A stretch of 12,890 nucleotides of DNA from Thermotogaceae bacterium. GTDB lineage: Bacteria > Thermotogota > Thermotogae > Thermotogales > Thermotogaceae. Position numbers and translations under genes: made by a program. Position 1 is the stretch's first letter. Each line of letters starts with the position of its first letter. The notes beneath the pieces are model-generated. The model saw nothing but the letters and a program-made list of their open reading frames with translations, ran no database searches and was not told the DNA's origin. Shown one piece after another: positions 1 through 7,769 of the stretch. The stretch covers positions 1-12,890 of the forward strand of contig JALWSA010000053.1 in the NCBI GenBank assembly GCA_026993805.1. Reading direction: 5' to 3'.

Positions 1-500
1 ATATTAGGTATCATCTTTTTAACCTCACTGTGCATAAACTTTGCCAGATCTTCATAAGACACCTCTGCCTCTTCTGTCAAAATCACAAGGAGTTTTTTCA
101 GATAATCCAAAAATCTTCCGAAAAAGCTGGTGCGTTTACTCCTCCTTTTTGGATAAATCCTTAAAAGCTCCGCTCTCATCCCTTTGAATATCACTGGTTC
201 TCCTATGACTTTTACAATGATGTGATTTCCATCCGGTTTCCTGAGCTTCTCCACGAATTCGGGTTCACGCTTTCCCTCTATTATGGCCTCTACTCTTTCT
301 CTTGCCACAGTCTTGTACTCTGGTGAGAGATAATCGAAAGGATCGGTACCGACAATCTCCGAAATCTCCACACCAATTAACTTTGCCAAAGCCTGATTCA
401 CATAGAGAACCCTTTTCAAATTAACAACAGCTATGGAAGTTTCTGATTTGTCGAACTCCCTTATATCCTCCTCGTTCAAAACCCTTATAACACCTTGCAA
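1..500 (-). CDS. PAS-domain protein, 5' part only; the gene continues past the left edge. The probable start is TTG at 500-498, or GTG at 509.
   Basis: I translated the minus frame by hand (codons anchored at 500, 497 and so on). It is open from 515 to position 1 with no stop. It gives ...MQGVIRVLNEEDIREFDKSETSIAVVNLKRVLYVNQALAKLIGVEISEIVGTDPFDYLSPEYKTVARERVEAIIEGKREPEFVEKLRKPDGNHIIVKVIGEPVIF..., which is a typical PAS core (I-x-V-x-D-x-x-G-x-I-x-Y-x-N-x-A). AAGGGA lies 10 nt before the TTG. It is absent from the ORF track because there is no stop inside the window. Confidence 0.55.
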   Translation of the reverse strand, partial: MQGVIRVLNEEDIREFDKSETSIAVVNLKRVLYVNQALAKLIGVEISEIVGTDPFDYLSPEYKTVARERVEAIIEGKREPEFVEKLRKPDGNHIIVKVIGEPVIFKGMRAELLRIYPKRRSKRTSFFGRFLDYLKKLLVILTEEAEVSYEDLAKFMHSEVKKMIPN

Positions 501-515
501 GATAAACACATCCCT

Positions 516-1934
516 TCAGAGCTGGACTTCCCAGAGGCGGGTTAGCTCCTCCCAATGTTTTTCTCTGTATTCCAACAGGAGTTCATCGTAGTATTTGACG
601 AGATCCTGTTGCTTCTTCCAATAAGAGGGATCTCTCTGGCTATCTAACTCTTCTACGGTCTTTCCTTGTTGCTCAACCCATGTGTAGTACTTCAAATTGT
701 GCCATCTTTCTCTCTGCCATCTCGTCCCCTCGAATATCCAGCTCGGTTCTTGATTTAGAAAGATCCTCTCAAAGCGGCTCTTAGCTTCCGCATAATCCAG
801 TTTTCCATATTGTTTTTCCATCTTCTCAATCACAGACCAATACCTATCGATGTTATCAGTAGCCACCGTTATTATGTTGTCCCCTTCCTTGAGTCCGTAA
901 AACTTCGCCATCTTTATCGCGCCTATAACGTTGGCCACTCCCGAGATGCCAAACTTATCCGATAGAAATTCCACCACATCTCTTGATACCACTTCAGATA
1001 ACATTTCCTTCCCCTTCTCATCGACCATAACGTGGAGCATCTTTTTCGCGTCTATGTCGCTCACAAGCACCACCGCATCCATATTGTAAACGTTGTGTAT
1101 CCAAGTCACATGCTTGTCACCTATACCTTGTATATCGTGTGCACCGTAGCCGTTAAGGGCAAGAGTCGGGCACTGGAGAGGTTCGACCGCGACCACCTTC
1201 GTCTCCGGGAATTCTTGCTTTATTCTGTCCCCGCACGCTATCGTACCGGCAGAACCAACCCCAATCACTACGGCGCTTATTCTACCGTTTCCTATGTTGT
1301 ACTTTCTCACAAGCTCTATCGCAGTGTTTCCCGTGACGTAGTAATGGAACCTGTAGTTTCCAAACTCCGAGAACTGATTGAGTATCTTTATCCTTTCAGG
1401 ATCCTCTCTCTGGAGCTCCTTGCTCTTTTCGTATATCTCCCTTACATTCGCTTCCCCACCAGGCGTTTTGACATACCTTGCACCGTATTCCGTTATAGTG
1501 TCAAATCTTTCCTGACTCATTTCCTCGGGCAAAATCACTATCGAATCGTAGTTCATCCTGGAACTTACCCATGCTCCTCCTATTCCGTAGTTCCCTGTAG
1601 AGGGCCATATGAGCGTATGTCTCGTGGGGTCTACTTCACCGCTCACAGTCTTTTCCATGAGGATCGAATAGGTGGCACCGACCTTATGACTCCCCGATGG
1701 AAAGTCCTTCGCGTAAAGGACTATTATGTTTGCATCTACACCCGTGAGCTCCTTAGGCATGATGAAATAATATGGCTCGCCTTTCTCGTTATACCAGGTT
1801 ATGTTGAACAGGTTCACAGGATGTAGTGGATCCTTTTTCTTCATTTGAAAAGCTTTCTCCCTTATCTTTGGGTTTATCTTCCAGGGATGGAGCATCTCTT
1901 CATAAGTTGGTCCTACAATGGGCACTCTCTTCAC
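516..1934 (-). CDS. Fold-type II (tryptophan-synthase-beta / cysteine-synthase superfamily) PLP-dependent enzyme, 472 aa, with a ~110-aa Trp/Tyr-rich C-terminal extension.
   Basis: GTG start at 1934 with a perfect GGAGGT SD 8 nt upstream. Putative PLP-lysine motif FPSGSHKVGATY. Gly-rich phosphate loop VIGVGSAGTIACG, compare CysK GVGTGGT. The exact subfamily is not assignable by eye. Confidence 0.8.
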   Translation of the reverse strand: MKRVPIVGPTYEEMLHPWKINPKIREKAFQMKKKDPLHPVNLFNITWYNEKGEPYYFIMPKELTGVDANIIVLYAKDFPSGSHKVGATYSILMEKTVSGEVDPTRHTLIWPSTGNYGIGGAWVSSRMNYDSIVILPEEMSQERFDTITEYGARYVKTPGGEANVREIYEKSKELQREDPERIKILNQFSEFGNYRFHYYVTGNTAIELVRKYNIGNGRISAVVIGVGSAGTIACGDRIKQEFPETKVVAVEPLQCPTLALNGYGAHDIQGIGDKHVTWIHNVYNMDAVVLVSDIDAKKMLHVMVDEKGKEMLSEVVSRDVVEFLSDKFGISGVANVIGAIKMAKFYGLKEGDNIITVATDNIDRYWSVIEKMEKQYGKLDYAEAKSRFERIFLNQEPSWIFEGTRWQRERWHNLKYYTWVEQQGKTVEELDSQRDPSYWKKQQDLVKYYDELLLEYREKHWEELTRLWEVQL

Positions 1935-1986
1935 TTTTAGATACCTCCTCGGCTGGATGTTTAAAACCTATTATACCTCTACATAG

Positions 1987-1995
1987 TGTTATAAT
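1987..1995 (+). promoter_or_regulatory. Extended -10 promoter element TGtTATAAT for the plus-strand sigma-factor operon; it sits in the divergent intergenic region 1935-2013.
   Basis: TG at 1987-1988 and TATAAT at 1990-1995, 19 nt upstream of the ATG at 2014. SD GGGTGAGGG at 2002-2010. No good -35 at 17 bp spacing, which is usual for extended -10 promoters. Confidence 0.4.
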
Positions 1996-2013
1996 AAAAG
2001 TGGGTGAGGGATT

Positions 2014-2517
2014 ATGAGGATAGATCCCAATTCTTTCAACCCTATTCTTGGGTATAAACTGGATCCCGGAGAACCGGGCCTTCCGTACTCCGCGCCCGCG
2101 AGCTTAAGCGTGATAAGAGTACTGTCTCAAGAGCTATCCAACTACATGGCATTCAAGAAGGAAGCGATCCAAAAAGGCGGATACATAATAATGGGAGGCA
2201 TATATTTAGACCTTCAAAAGAGAGGAGCATTTTTAGCCGCGGTCGCAGGGAAGACCCGCGTCTTCATATACACACCCGGTGAGAAGAACACGCAGTCTGC
2301 GAATCCAACGTCGGATCAGCAGAACAAACCCTCCAGACTGGAGATAGAAAGGAGGATAGAAGAGCTCAGACAGAGGATAGAAGAGACCGAGGATCCAATG
2401 GAGAGAGAAAGACTCAAAAGAGAATTGGAGCTTCTTGAAATGGCTCTGAATACCCTGAACACGGCTCTCCGCCTCCCTGAATTTCTTGTGGGCAGCCTTT
2501 TGGACATTCTCGTCTGA
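2014..2517 (+). CDS. Hypothetical protein, 167 aa. An N-terminal domain of unknown type with a C-terminal charged coiled coil (EIERRIEELRQRIEETEDPMERERLKRELELLEMAL). First gene of the sigma operon.
   Basis: ATG with SD GGGTGAGGG at 5-nt spacing. Its stop TGA at 2515-2517 is 1 nt before the sigma-factor ATG at 2519. I recognise no family. Confidence 0.6.
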   Translation: MRIDPNSFNPILGYKLDPGEPGLPYSAPASLSVIRVLSQELSNYMAFKKEAIQKGGYIIMGGIYLDLQKRGAFLAAVAGKTRVFIYTPGEKNTQSANPTSDQQNKPSRLEIERRIEELRQRIEETEDPMERERLKRELELLEMALNTLNTALRLPEFLVGSLLDILV

Positions 2518-2518
2518 T

Positions 2519-3130
2519 ATGAACACTATGGAAAAAGGAGAGGTCAAAATTAACAGGAAAGAGGCGTTCATTGAAGCTCTCAAAAGGGGAGAGGAATGGG
2601 CGTATGAGAAGCTCTATGATGAATACGCCCCAAGGATAGGTAGTATAGCTAAGAGTTACTTAGGATACGACGATGTAGACGATGTCGTCCAAGAAGTTAT
2701 GATGAGAATCTACAAAGGAATAAGGAAGTTCAGAGGGGATTCCAAGCTATCTACATGGATACACAGAATAGCGGTGAACGTTTGCAAAGATATTCTGTCT
2801 AAAAAGAAGAAGAGGAAAGAAATATTGACGAGTTTTTCCGAAGACGAAGAAGAAACAGATTATTCGTTTTTGGCTTACAGTGATGACAACGCTTTGGCAG
2901 AAACCATAGAAGAGATAAATCATGAAAGAATTATGGAAGCTTTGAAAAAACTTTCGCCTGAGAATAGGCTTTTAATAAAATTGAGAGATGTAGACGGACT
3001 GAGCTACGATGAAATATCTAAAATCATGAGAAAACCCATTGGGACTGTAAAGAGCAGGCTGCACTATGCCAGAAAGAAACTCAGAGAGCTCATAGAAGGA
3101 GGCACGAAAGATGTGGGACGAAAGGCTTAA
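2519..3130 (+). CDS. ECF-type sigma-70 family RNA polymerase sigma factor. The ORF track's TTG at 2486 would add 11 residues.
   Basis: Region 2: DDVVQEVMMRIYKGIRKFRGDSKLSTWIHRIAVNVCKDIL. Region 4 HTH: LSPENRLLIKLRDVDGLSYDEISKIMRKPIGTVKSRLHYARKKLREL. Neither candidate start has a good SD. The ATG at 2519 directly follows the upstream stop, which suggests translational coupling. Confidence 0.85.
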   Translation: MNTMEKGEVKINRKEAFIEALKRGEEWAYEKLYDEYAPRIGSIAKSYLGYDDVDDVVQEVMMRIYKGIRKFRGDSKLSTWIHRIAVNVCKDILSKKKKRKEILTSFSEDEEETDYSFLAYSDDNALAETIEEINHERIMEALKKLSPENRLLIKLRDVDGLSYDEISKIMRKPIGTVKSRLHYARKKLRELIEGGTKDVGRKA

Positions 3131-3554
3131 TGATTATTTAGATGGTGACAGGGACATAAGCTCCGCTCCCAGGGAGCTCCAAAAGCTTTTTTCTAATTAC
3201 ATGAAGATCATAGAAGCTTTCAATCTGAGACTCTCTTATAGACCTTCTCTTAGATCCAAGGAACGCTTTCTAAGAAGAGTAAAGAGGGAAAAGCTCAAAA
3301 AGAAGATTTTCTCGTACGCCCTGGTCGGTGCAATAGCGGCTGTGATTTTCGCCGTTATCGGTATCAACCTCAACTGGGCCTTTCTCCCAACCCCAACATC
3401 TAAACACATGGAAAACATCCAACCTATATCTCAGGAGCTGAACATGGAAAAACTCAAGATAATGGGTGAGAAAAGGGTGATCCTGAATCCTGCCAACTTC
3501 GAGAGAACAGCGAATAACTTGAAAATCCTTGAGATAGCTGTGGATGGTTTCTGA
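3111..3554 (+). CDS. Putative membrane anti-sigma factor: 147 aa, one TM helix and a short extracytoplasmic tail.
   Basis: Overlaps the sigma-factor 3' end by 20 nt. GGAGG SD 9 nt upstream. N-terminus MWDERLNDYLDGDRD resembles anti-sigma N-terminal helices. TM segment IFSYALVGAIAAVIFAVIGINLNWAF. No Cys/His, so not ZAS type. The call rests on position and topology. Confidence 0.6.
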   Translation: MWDERLNDYLDGDRDISSAPRELQKLFSNYMKIIEAFNLRLSYRPSLRSKERFLRRVKREKLKKKIFSYALVGAIAAVIFAVIGINLNWAFLPTPTSKHMENIQPISQELNMEKLKIMGEKRVILNPANFERTANNLKILEIAVDGF

Positions 3555-3565
3555 GGTGAGTTGAG

Positions 3566-4318
3566 ATGAAGAGAATCCTCTCTCTCCTTGTTCTCATGCT
3601 TACTCTCAGTGTATTCTCTATCGATCTAACTGAAGCCATCGAAAAATTAGACGCCCTATCCTACAAGGTAGAGAGGGTCTTCATTGAAAAACTCAAAGAT
3701 GAAAGCGTTAAACTCAGATTCGAAACCGTGTATAAATGGGGAGAAAACAAAGTAGTGTTCGTGATGTCACCTGAGAAAATCATTTGGATTAGAAAAGATG
3801 GCCAGTACTGGCTGGGAAAAGACGTGCTTCTTTACTCCCCCGTGGATCTCAAAGATTTGGAAGACATAGCGATAGAAGAGCTTGAAAGTAGCGATGCTAA
3901 GATAAAGAGCTCTGGGGAAGGCTATACGATAACCTTCAAAACGGATAAGGGTACTTTTAAAATCACCCTCGACCGAGACTTCAGACCAGTCAAGATCGAA
4001 AGGGAGATAATGGGTATAAAAATGGAGCTGGATTACAAAGAGTATTACGACGATGTTCCAAGTATTAAACAAGTCTTGAAAGGACTTAAGCTATCGGATG
4101 AGCTCGCATTTCCCCAAGAAATAGGTGACATACTCTCTATGCTCTCCTGGTTCTCCATAAGTTTCGAAGATGGAACAATAGTGGTTAAAGGTATATTCGA
4201 CGGAAAGCTCGTAAGTATTAGCATATCTCCAAAGCCACATGAAAGATTTCTGAAATACGGTCAGATATACATAAACTCATCGGATGAGCAAATCCTTGAA
4301 GAACTGGGGTTGAAATGA
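3566..4318 (+). CDS. Secreted or periplasmic protein, 250 aa. It has a signal peptide and no lipobox Cys. It may be an RseB/LolA-like partner of the anti-sigma factor; that is inferred from context only.
   Basis: N-terminus MKRILSLLVLMLTLSVFS is a classical signal peptide. SD GAGGTGAG. Stop TGA overlaps the next gene's ATG (ATGA at 4315-4318). Confidence 0.7.
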   Translation: MKRILSLLVLMLTLSVFSIDLTEAIEKLDALSYKVERVFIEKLKDESVKLRFETVYKWGENKVVFVMSPEKIIWIRKDGQYWLGKDVLLYSPVDLKDLEDIAIEELESSDAKIKSSGEGYTITFKTDKGTFKITLDRDFRPVKIEREIMGIKMELDYKEYYDDVPSIKQVLKGLKLSDELAFPQEIGDILSMLSWFSISFEDGTIVVKGIFDGKLVSISISPKPHERFLKYGQIYINSSDEQILEELGLK

Positions 4319-5967
4319 AAAAAGCGATCCTTGTAGATGGATACATAGATGAACCAGCTGCCCTCGGTGTCCCTCCCTACATATCCCCTTACATAAGGTA
4401 TATCTACGGTGCCCTCAAAAGGGAAGGTTTCGATGTTACCTACAAGACGATAGATCAAATAAGAGAAGAAAACCTTTGGAGTCTTGAGAGCGACATTCTC
4501 GTGATATACGGCGGAACCACCGTTCCAGGACATTACCTTTCAGGAACCCCCATTCTGCTCTCAGAGATCAAAAAACTCGTAACAAATTCCAAGGCTTCCG
4601 TCAAAATAGTATCAGGTCCCGTTGCGAGGTCTTACACGATAAGGGGCGGAACCGTCTCGACCGTTCCAAAGATAGAAGGAGCTATAACCGTCGATGGTGA
4701 CCTTTGGGCCTTCCTTCCGCAGTTTTTCAAGGGTGAAACCACACCGGATATCAAAGACACTTACGAGCTTGTCGATGAGCTCGCACAGTTTGGGGCTTAT
4801 CTGATAAAAGATCATCCCGGATTTCCCAATGTAATATGCGAGATAGAAGTCTCAAGGGGATGTGAGAGGGCCATATTCTGTTCTTTTTGCACAGAACCCA
4901 TAATGCACGGGCGGCTTCGCTCAAGAAACATAAAAGGAATCTTAAGGGAAATAGAAGCTCTCTGCAAAGCAGGATGCAAGGCATACAGGTTGGGAAGGAG
5001 CGCAAACATACTCGCATACATGGCAGAGAAAAACGGCTTTAAGATCGATGTGCAAGCTATAAAAGATCTTTACATGGGAATAAGGCAGGTCTGCCCAGAT
5101 CTTGAAGTGCTCCATACAGACAACGCCAACCCGGCCTTCATCGTGGATAACCTTCCAGAATCTATAAAGGCTATAGAGACGGTTGCCAAGTACAATACGC
5201 CCGGTGACATTCTCTCTTTCGGTGCCGAGTCCTTCGATCCAAAGGTAATAAAGATGAACAACATAGGCTCGCCCCCGGAGAAGGTCAAAAAAGCCATCAA
5301 GATCGTGAACGAAATCGGAGGCTACAGGGAAGACGGCATCCCAAAGCTTCTTCCGGGAATAAACCTTCTTTACGGCCTTATAGGCGAGAGCGAAAAGACA
5401 TACCAAATCAACTACGAGTTTCTAAAAAACGTTTTAGAAGAGGGGCTGCTTCTGAGAAGGATAAACATAAGGCAGGTCATGGTGCATCCCGGAACGCCAC
5501 TTTTCAGGTATTATCAAACACGCAGATTCAGGATAAAGAAAAAGCTTTTCCAGTACTGGAAAGAAAAGATAAGAAAAGAGATCGATCTTCCCATGATGAA
5601 AAGGGTGTTTCCAAAGGGAACGATAATAAAGGGAGCTATTCCCGAATCAAAGAAAGGAAAACTTATCTACGCGCGCCCTCTCGAAACCTATCCTGTTCTG
5701 ATTGGAACATACTCGAAAATAGAAGGAAAGAGCGACATGATAGTAGTGGATCACGGAAGCAGATCTCTCACGGGAGTGAAATTCCCCTTTGACATAAACA
5801 AAGCGAGTTTTGAAGAGCTAAGCTCAATAGAAGGGATCGGAAATGCCCGCGCAAGGGAGATTATCTTGAAGCGGCCGTTCAAAAGCCTTCAAGACATGGA
5901 AAGGCGGCTTGACGCCGCCACATTTCAAGCTCTCAAGCCCTTGGTAGAAAAATCTCAGGAGCTCTGA
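4315..5967 (+). CDS. Radical SAM superfamily enzyme, 550 aa, with an N-terminal Rossmann-like domain and a C-terminal helix-hairpin-helix domain. It resembles the archaeal/Thermotogae family I recall as COG1031.
   Basis: Cluster motif VSRGCERAIFCSFCTEP at 4861-4890 is Cx5Cx2C, not the canonical CxxxCxxC. Downstream radical-SAM-like elements SFGAESFDPKVIKMNN and LLYGLIGESEKT. C-terminal HhH FEELSSIEGIGNARAREIILKRPFKSLQDM. Confidence 0.75.
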   Translation: MKKAILVDGYIDEPAALGVPPYISPYIRYIYGALKREGFDVTYKTIDQIREENLWSLESDILVIYGGTTVPGHYLSGTPILLSEIKKLVTNSKASVKIVSGPVARSYTIRGGTVSTVPKIEGAITVDGDLWAFLPQFFKGETTPDIKDTYELVDELAQFGAYLIKDHPGFPNVICEIEVSRGCERAIFCSFCTEPIMHGRLRSRNIKGILREIEALCKAGCKAYRLGRSANILAYMAEKNGFKIDVQAIKDLYMGIRQVCPDLEVLHTDNANPAFIVDNLPESIKAIETVAKYNTPGDILSFGAESFDPKVIKMNNIGSPPEKVKKAIKIVNEIGGYREDGIPKLLPGINLLYGLIGESEKTYQINYEFLKNVLEEGLLLRRINIRQVMVHPGTPLFRYYQTRRFRIKKKLFQYWKEKIRKEIDLPMMKRVFPKGTIIKGAIPESKKGKLIYARPLETYPVLIGTYSKIEGKSDMIVVDHGSRSLTGVKFPFDINKASFEELSSIEGIGNARAREIILKRPFKSLQDMERRLDAATFQALKPLVEKSQEL

Positions 5968-7769
5968 ACCTTTTCGTCTTCCTTGATCGGGGGAGAAACT
6001 TTAAAGACAGCATCGAATCTGCAGACATCCATACAGCTTCCACATTTGATACAAAGATCCTGGTGAATGTAATGTAGTTTGTTCAGCTCTCCTTCAATCG
6101 CCCCTGTCGGGCAAACAATCTTACACGCCGTGCATCCCGTGCACGCCTTCGGATCTATGACATAGCTTATAAGGTCCCTACACTTCTTCGCAGGGCATCT
6201 CTTTTCCTTGACATGTATTTCGTATTCTTCCCTGAAGTATCTAAGGGTGGTAAGAACTGGATTCGGAGCGGTCTGGCCAAGCCCGCAAAGAGATGTTTCC
6301 TTAACCACAACGGCAAGCTCTTCGAGAGCGTCGATGTCTTCCATGGTCCCTTCTCCTTTTGAAATCCTGTCGAGTATCTCGTACATCGCTCTCGTTCCTT
6401 CTCTGCAAGGCGTGCACTTTCCACATGATTCGTGGACTGTGAATTCGAGGAAGAACTTCGCCACATCGACCATACAATCGTCTTCGTCAAGTACTATTAT
6501 TCCGCCAGATCCCATGATAGTTCCAAGTGCCGTGAGAGATTCGTAATCTATGGGCGTGTCTATCTTGTCGGCCGGGATGACCCCGCCGCTCGGGCCCCCT
6601 GTCTGCACAGCCTTCAATTTCTTCCCGCCGGGTATCCCTCCGCCTATATCGTAGATGAGCTCTCTGAGCGTGATGCCAAGCGGCACTTCAACGAGCCCGG
6701 TGTTGTTTATCTTACCGGCGAGAGCAAAGACCTTCGTTCCCGGGCTCTTCTCCGTTCCGTACTTTCTGAACTCCCGCCAGCCGTTGTTTATTATCCAGGC
6801 TATGTTCGCCAATGTCTCGACATTGTTTATCACCGTCGGATATCCCCAAAGCCCTTTCTCAACGGGGTAGGGGGGCCTTACCCTTGGCTGGCCCCTTTCA
6901 CCCATTATCGAGGCCATGAGAGCGGTCTCTTCCCCGCAAACAAAAGCCCCGGCTCCTATCCTTATCTGTATATCGAACGAAAAATCAGTTCCCAAAATGT
7001 TTTTGCCAAGAAAACCTCTTCTCCTTGCCTGATCTATGGCAACCGTGAGTCTTTCGATCGCAAGCGGATACTCAGCTCTGACATATATATAGCCTTGCTG
7101 CGCACCTATTGCGTAGGCGGCTATCGCCATCCCTTCCAGAACAGAGTGCGGATCCCCTTCAAGGACCGCCCTGTCCATGAAAGCTCCCGGGTCTCCTTCG
7201 TCCGCGTTGCAAACGACGAACTTTCTGTCGCTTTTCTGCTTTGCGGCAAACTCCCATTTAAGGCCCGTCGGGAATCCGGCTCCGCCTCTTCCCCTGAGAC
7301 CGGAATTCTTTATCTCTTCTATAACATCCTGTGGTTTCATCTCTTTTAGCACTTTTTCAAGCGCTTTGTATCCACCGCGGTCTATGTAATCGTCTATGCT
7401 CTTTGGATCTATCTTTCCCAAATTCCTCGTTACTATCTTTACTTGCCGCGAGAAGAAAGGATGCTCCTTGAAAGCTTCCTTGACCTTCTGCCCTTCGGGA
7501 AGGGCCATGAGGTACTTTTCCACTACTTTCCCGCCCACAAGGTGAGAGTCAACTATCTCCTTCACCGCTCTTTCGTTCAGTTTTGCATAGACGACACCAT
7601 CTACTACCATGAAAGGTCCTCTGCTGCACATTCCCATACAGCCTGTTTCCACGATCTTGTACTGCCCATCAAGCCCTTTTTCTTTGAGCTCCTTCAAAAG
7701 TGCATCCCTTACGCTGAAAGCCCCAGAAGCTATACAAGCGCCTCCTGCACAGACTCTTATCTCCTTCAT
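5955..7769 (-). CDS. NuoF-like NADH-binding flavoprotein subunit of HydB/HndC type: N-terminal thioredoxin-like [2Fe-2S] domain, FMN/NADH core, and two C-terminal [4Fe-4S] ferredoxin domains.
   Basis: [2Fe-2S] cysteines: CAGGAC...CMGMC. FMN loop GRGGAGFPTGLKW. NADH site GAGAFVCGEETAL. N3 cluster ESCGKCTPCREG...SLCGLGQ. Two ferredoxin motifs: CTGCTACKIVCP and CIKCGSCMDVC. ATG at 7769 with SD GAAGGTGA. ATGA overlap with the upstream gene. Confidence 0.9.
   Translation of the reverse strand: MKEIRVCAGGACIASGAFSVRDALLKELKEKGLDGQYKIVETGCMGMCSRGPFMVVDGVVYAKLNERAVKEIVDSHLVGGKVVEKYLMALPEGQKVKEAFKEHPFFSRQVKIVTRNLGKIDPKSIDDYIDRGGYKALEKVLKEMKPQDVIEEIKNSGLRGRGGAGFPTGLKWEFAAKQKSDRKFVVCNADEGDPGAFMDRAVLEGDPHSVLEGMAIAAYAIGAQQGYIYVRAEYPLAIERLTVAIDQARRRGFLGKNILGTDFSFDIQIRIGAGAFVCGEETALMASIMGERGQPRVRPPYPVEKGLWGYPTVINNVETLANIAWIINNGWREFRKYGTEKSPGTKVFALAGKINNTGLVEVPLGITLRELIYDIGGGIPGGKKLKAVQTGGPSGGVIPADKIDTPIDYESLTALGTIMGSGGIIVLDEDDCMVDVAKFFLEFTVHESCGKCTPCREGTRAMYEILDRISKGEGTMEDIDALEELAVVVKETSLCGLGQTAPNPVLTTLRYFREEYEIHVKEKRCPAKKCRDLISYVIDPKACTGCTACKIVCPTGAIEGELNKLHYIHQDLCIKCGSCMDVCRFDAVFKVSPPIKEDEKVQSS

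Noticed and set aside
1032-1826. A 264-aa plus-strand ORF lying entirely inside the PLP-enzyme gene on the opposite strand. The same pattern occurs at 6432-7349 (305 aa, antisense to NuoF), 4942-5406, 9692-10159, 10385-10903 and elsewhere.
   Set aside because: These are antisense frames of well-supported genes. They have no SD and no recognisable motifs, and their composition just mirrors the sense strand. Long antisense ORFs are expected where the sense codon usage avoids creating stops on the opposite strand.
2014-2300. A possible structured-RNA gene (tmRNA, SRP RNA, RNase P or 6S) in place of the 5' half of the 167-aa ORF, suggested by local GC-rich hairpins.
   Set aside because: I could find no conserved tmRNA, SRP or RNase P sequence blocks. 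The region has a good SD and ATG, and it continues in-frame into an unmistakably coding coiled coil. It is kept as a CDS with a note.
2353-2386. Direct repeat GAGGATAGAAGAG occurring twice, 21 nt apart.
   Set aside because: It encodes consecutive heptads (RRIEE and QRIEE) of the coiled coil. The repeat is protein-level, not a DNA element.
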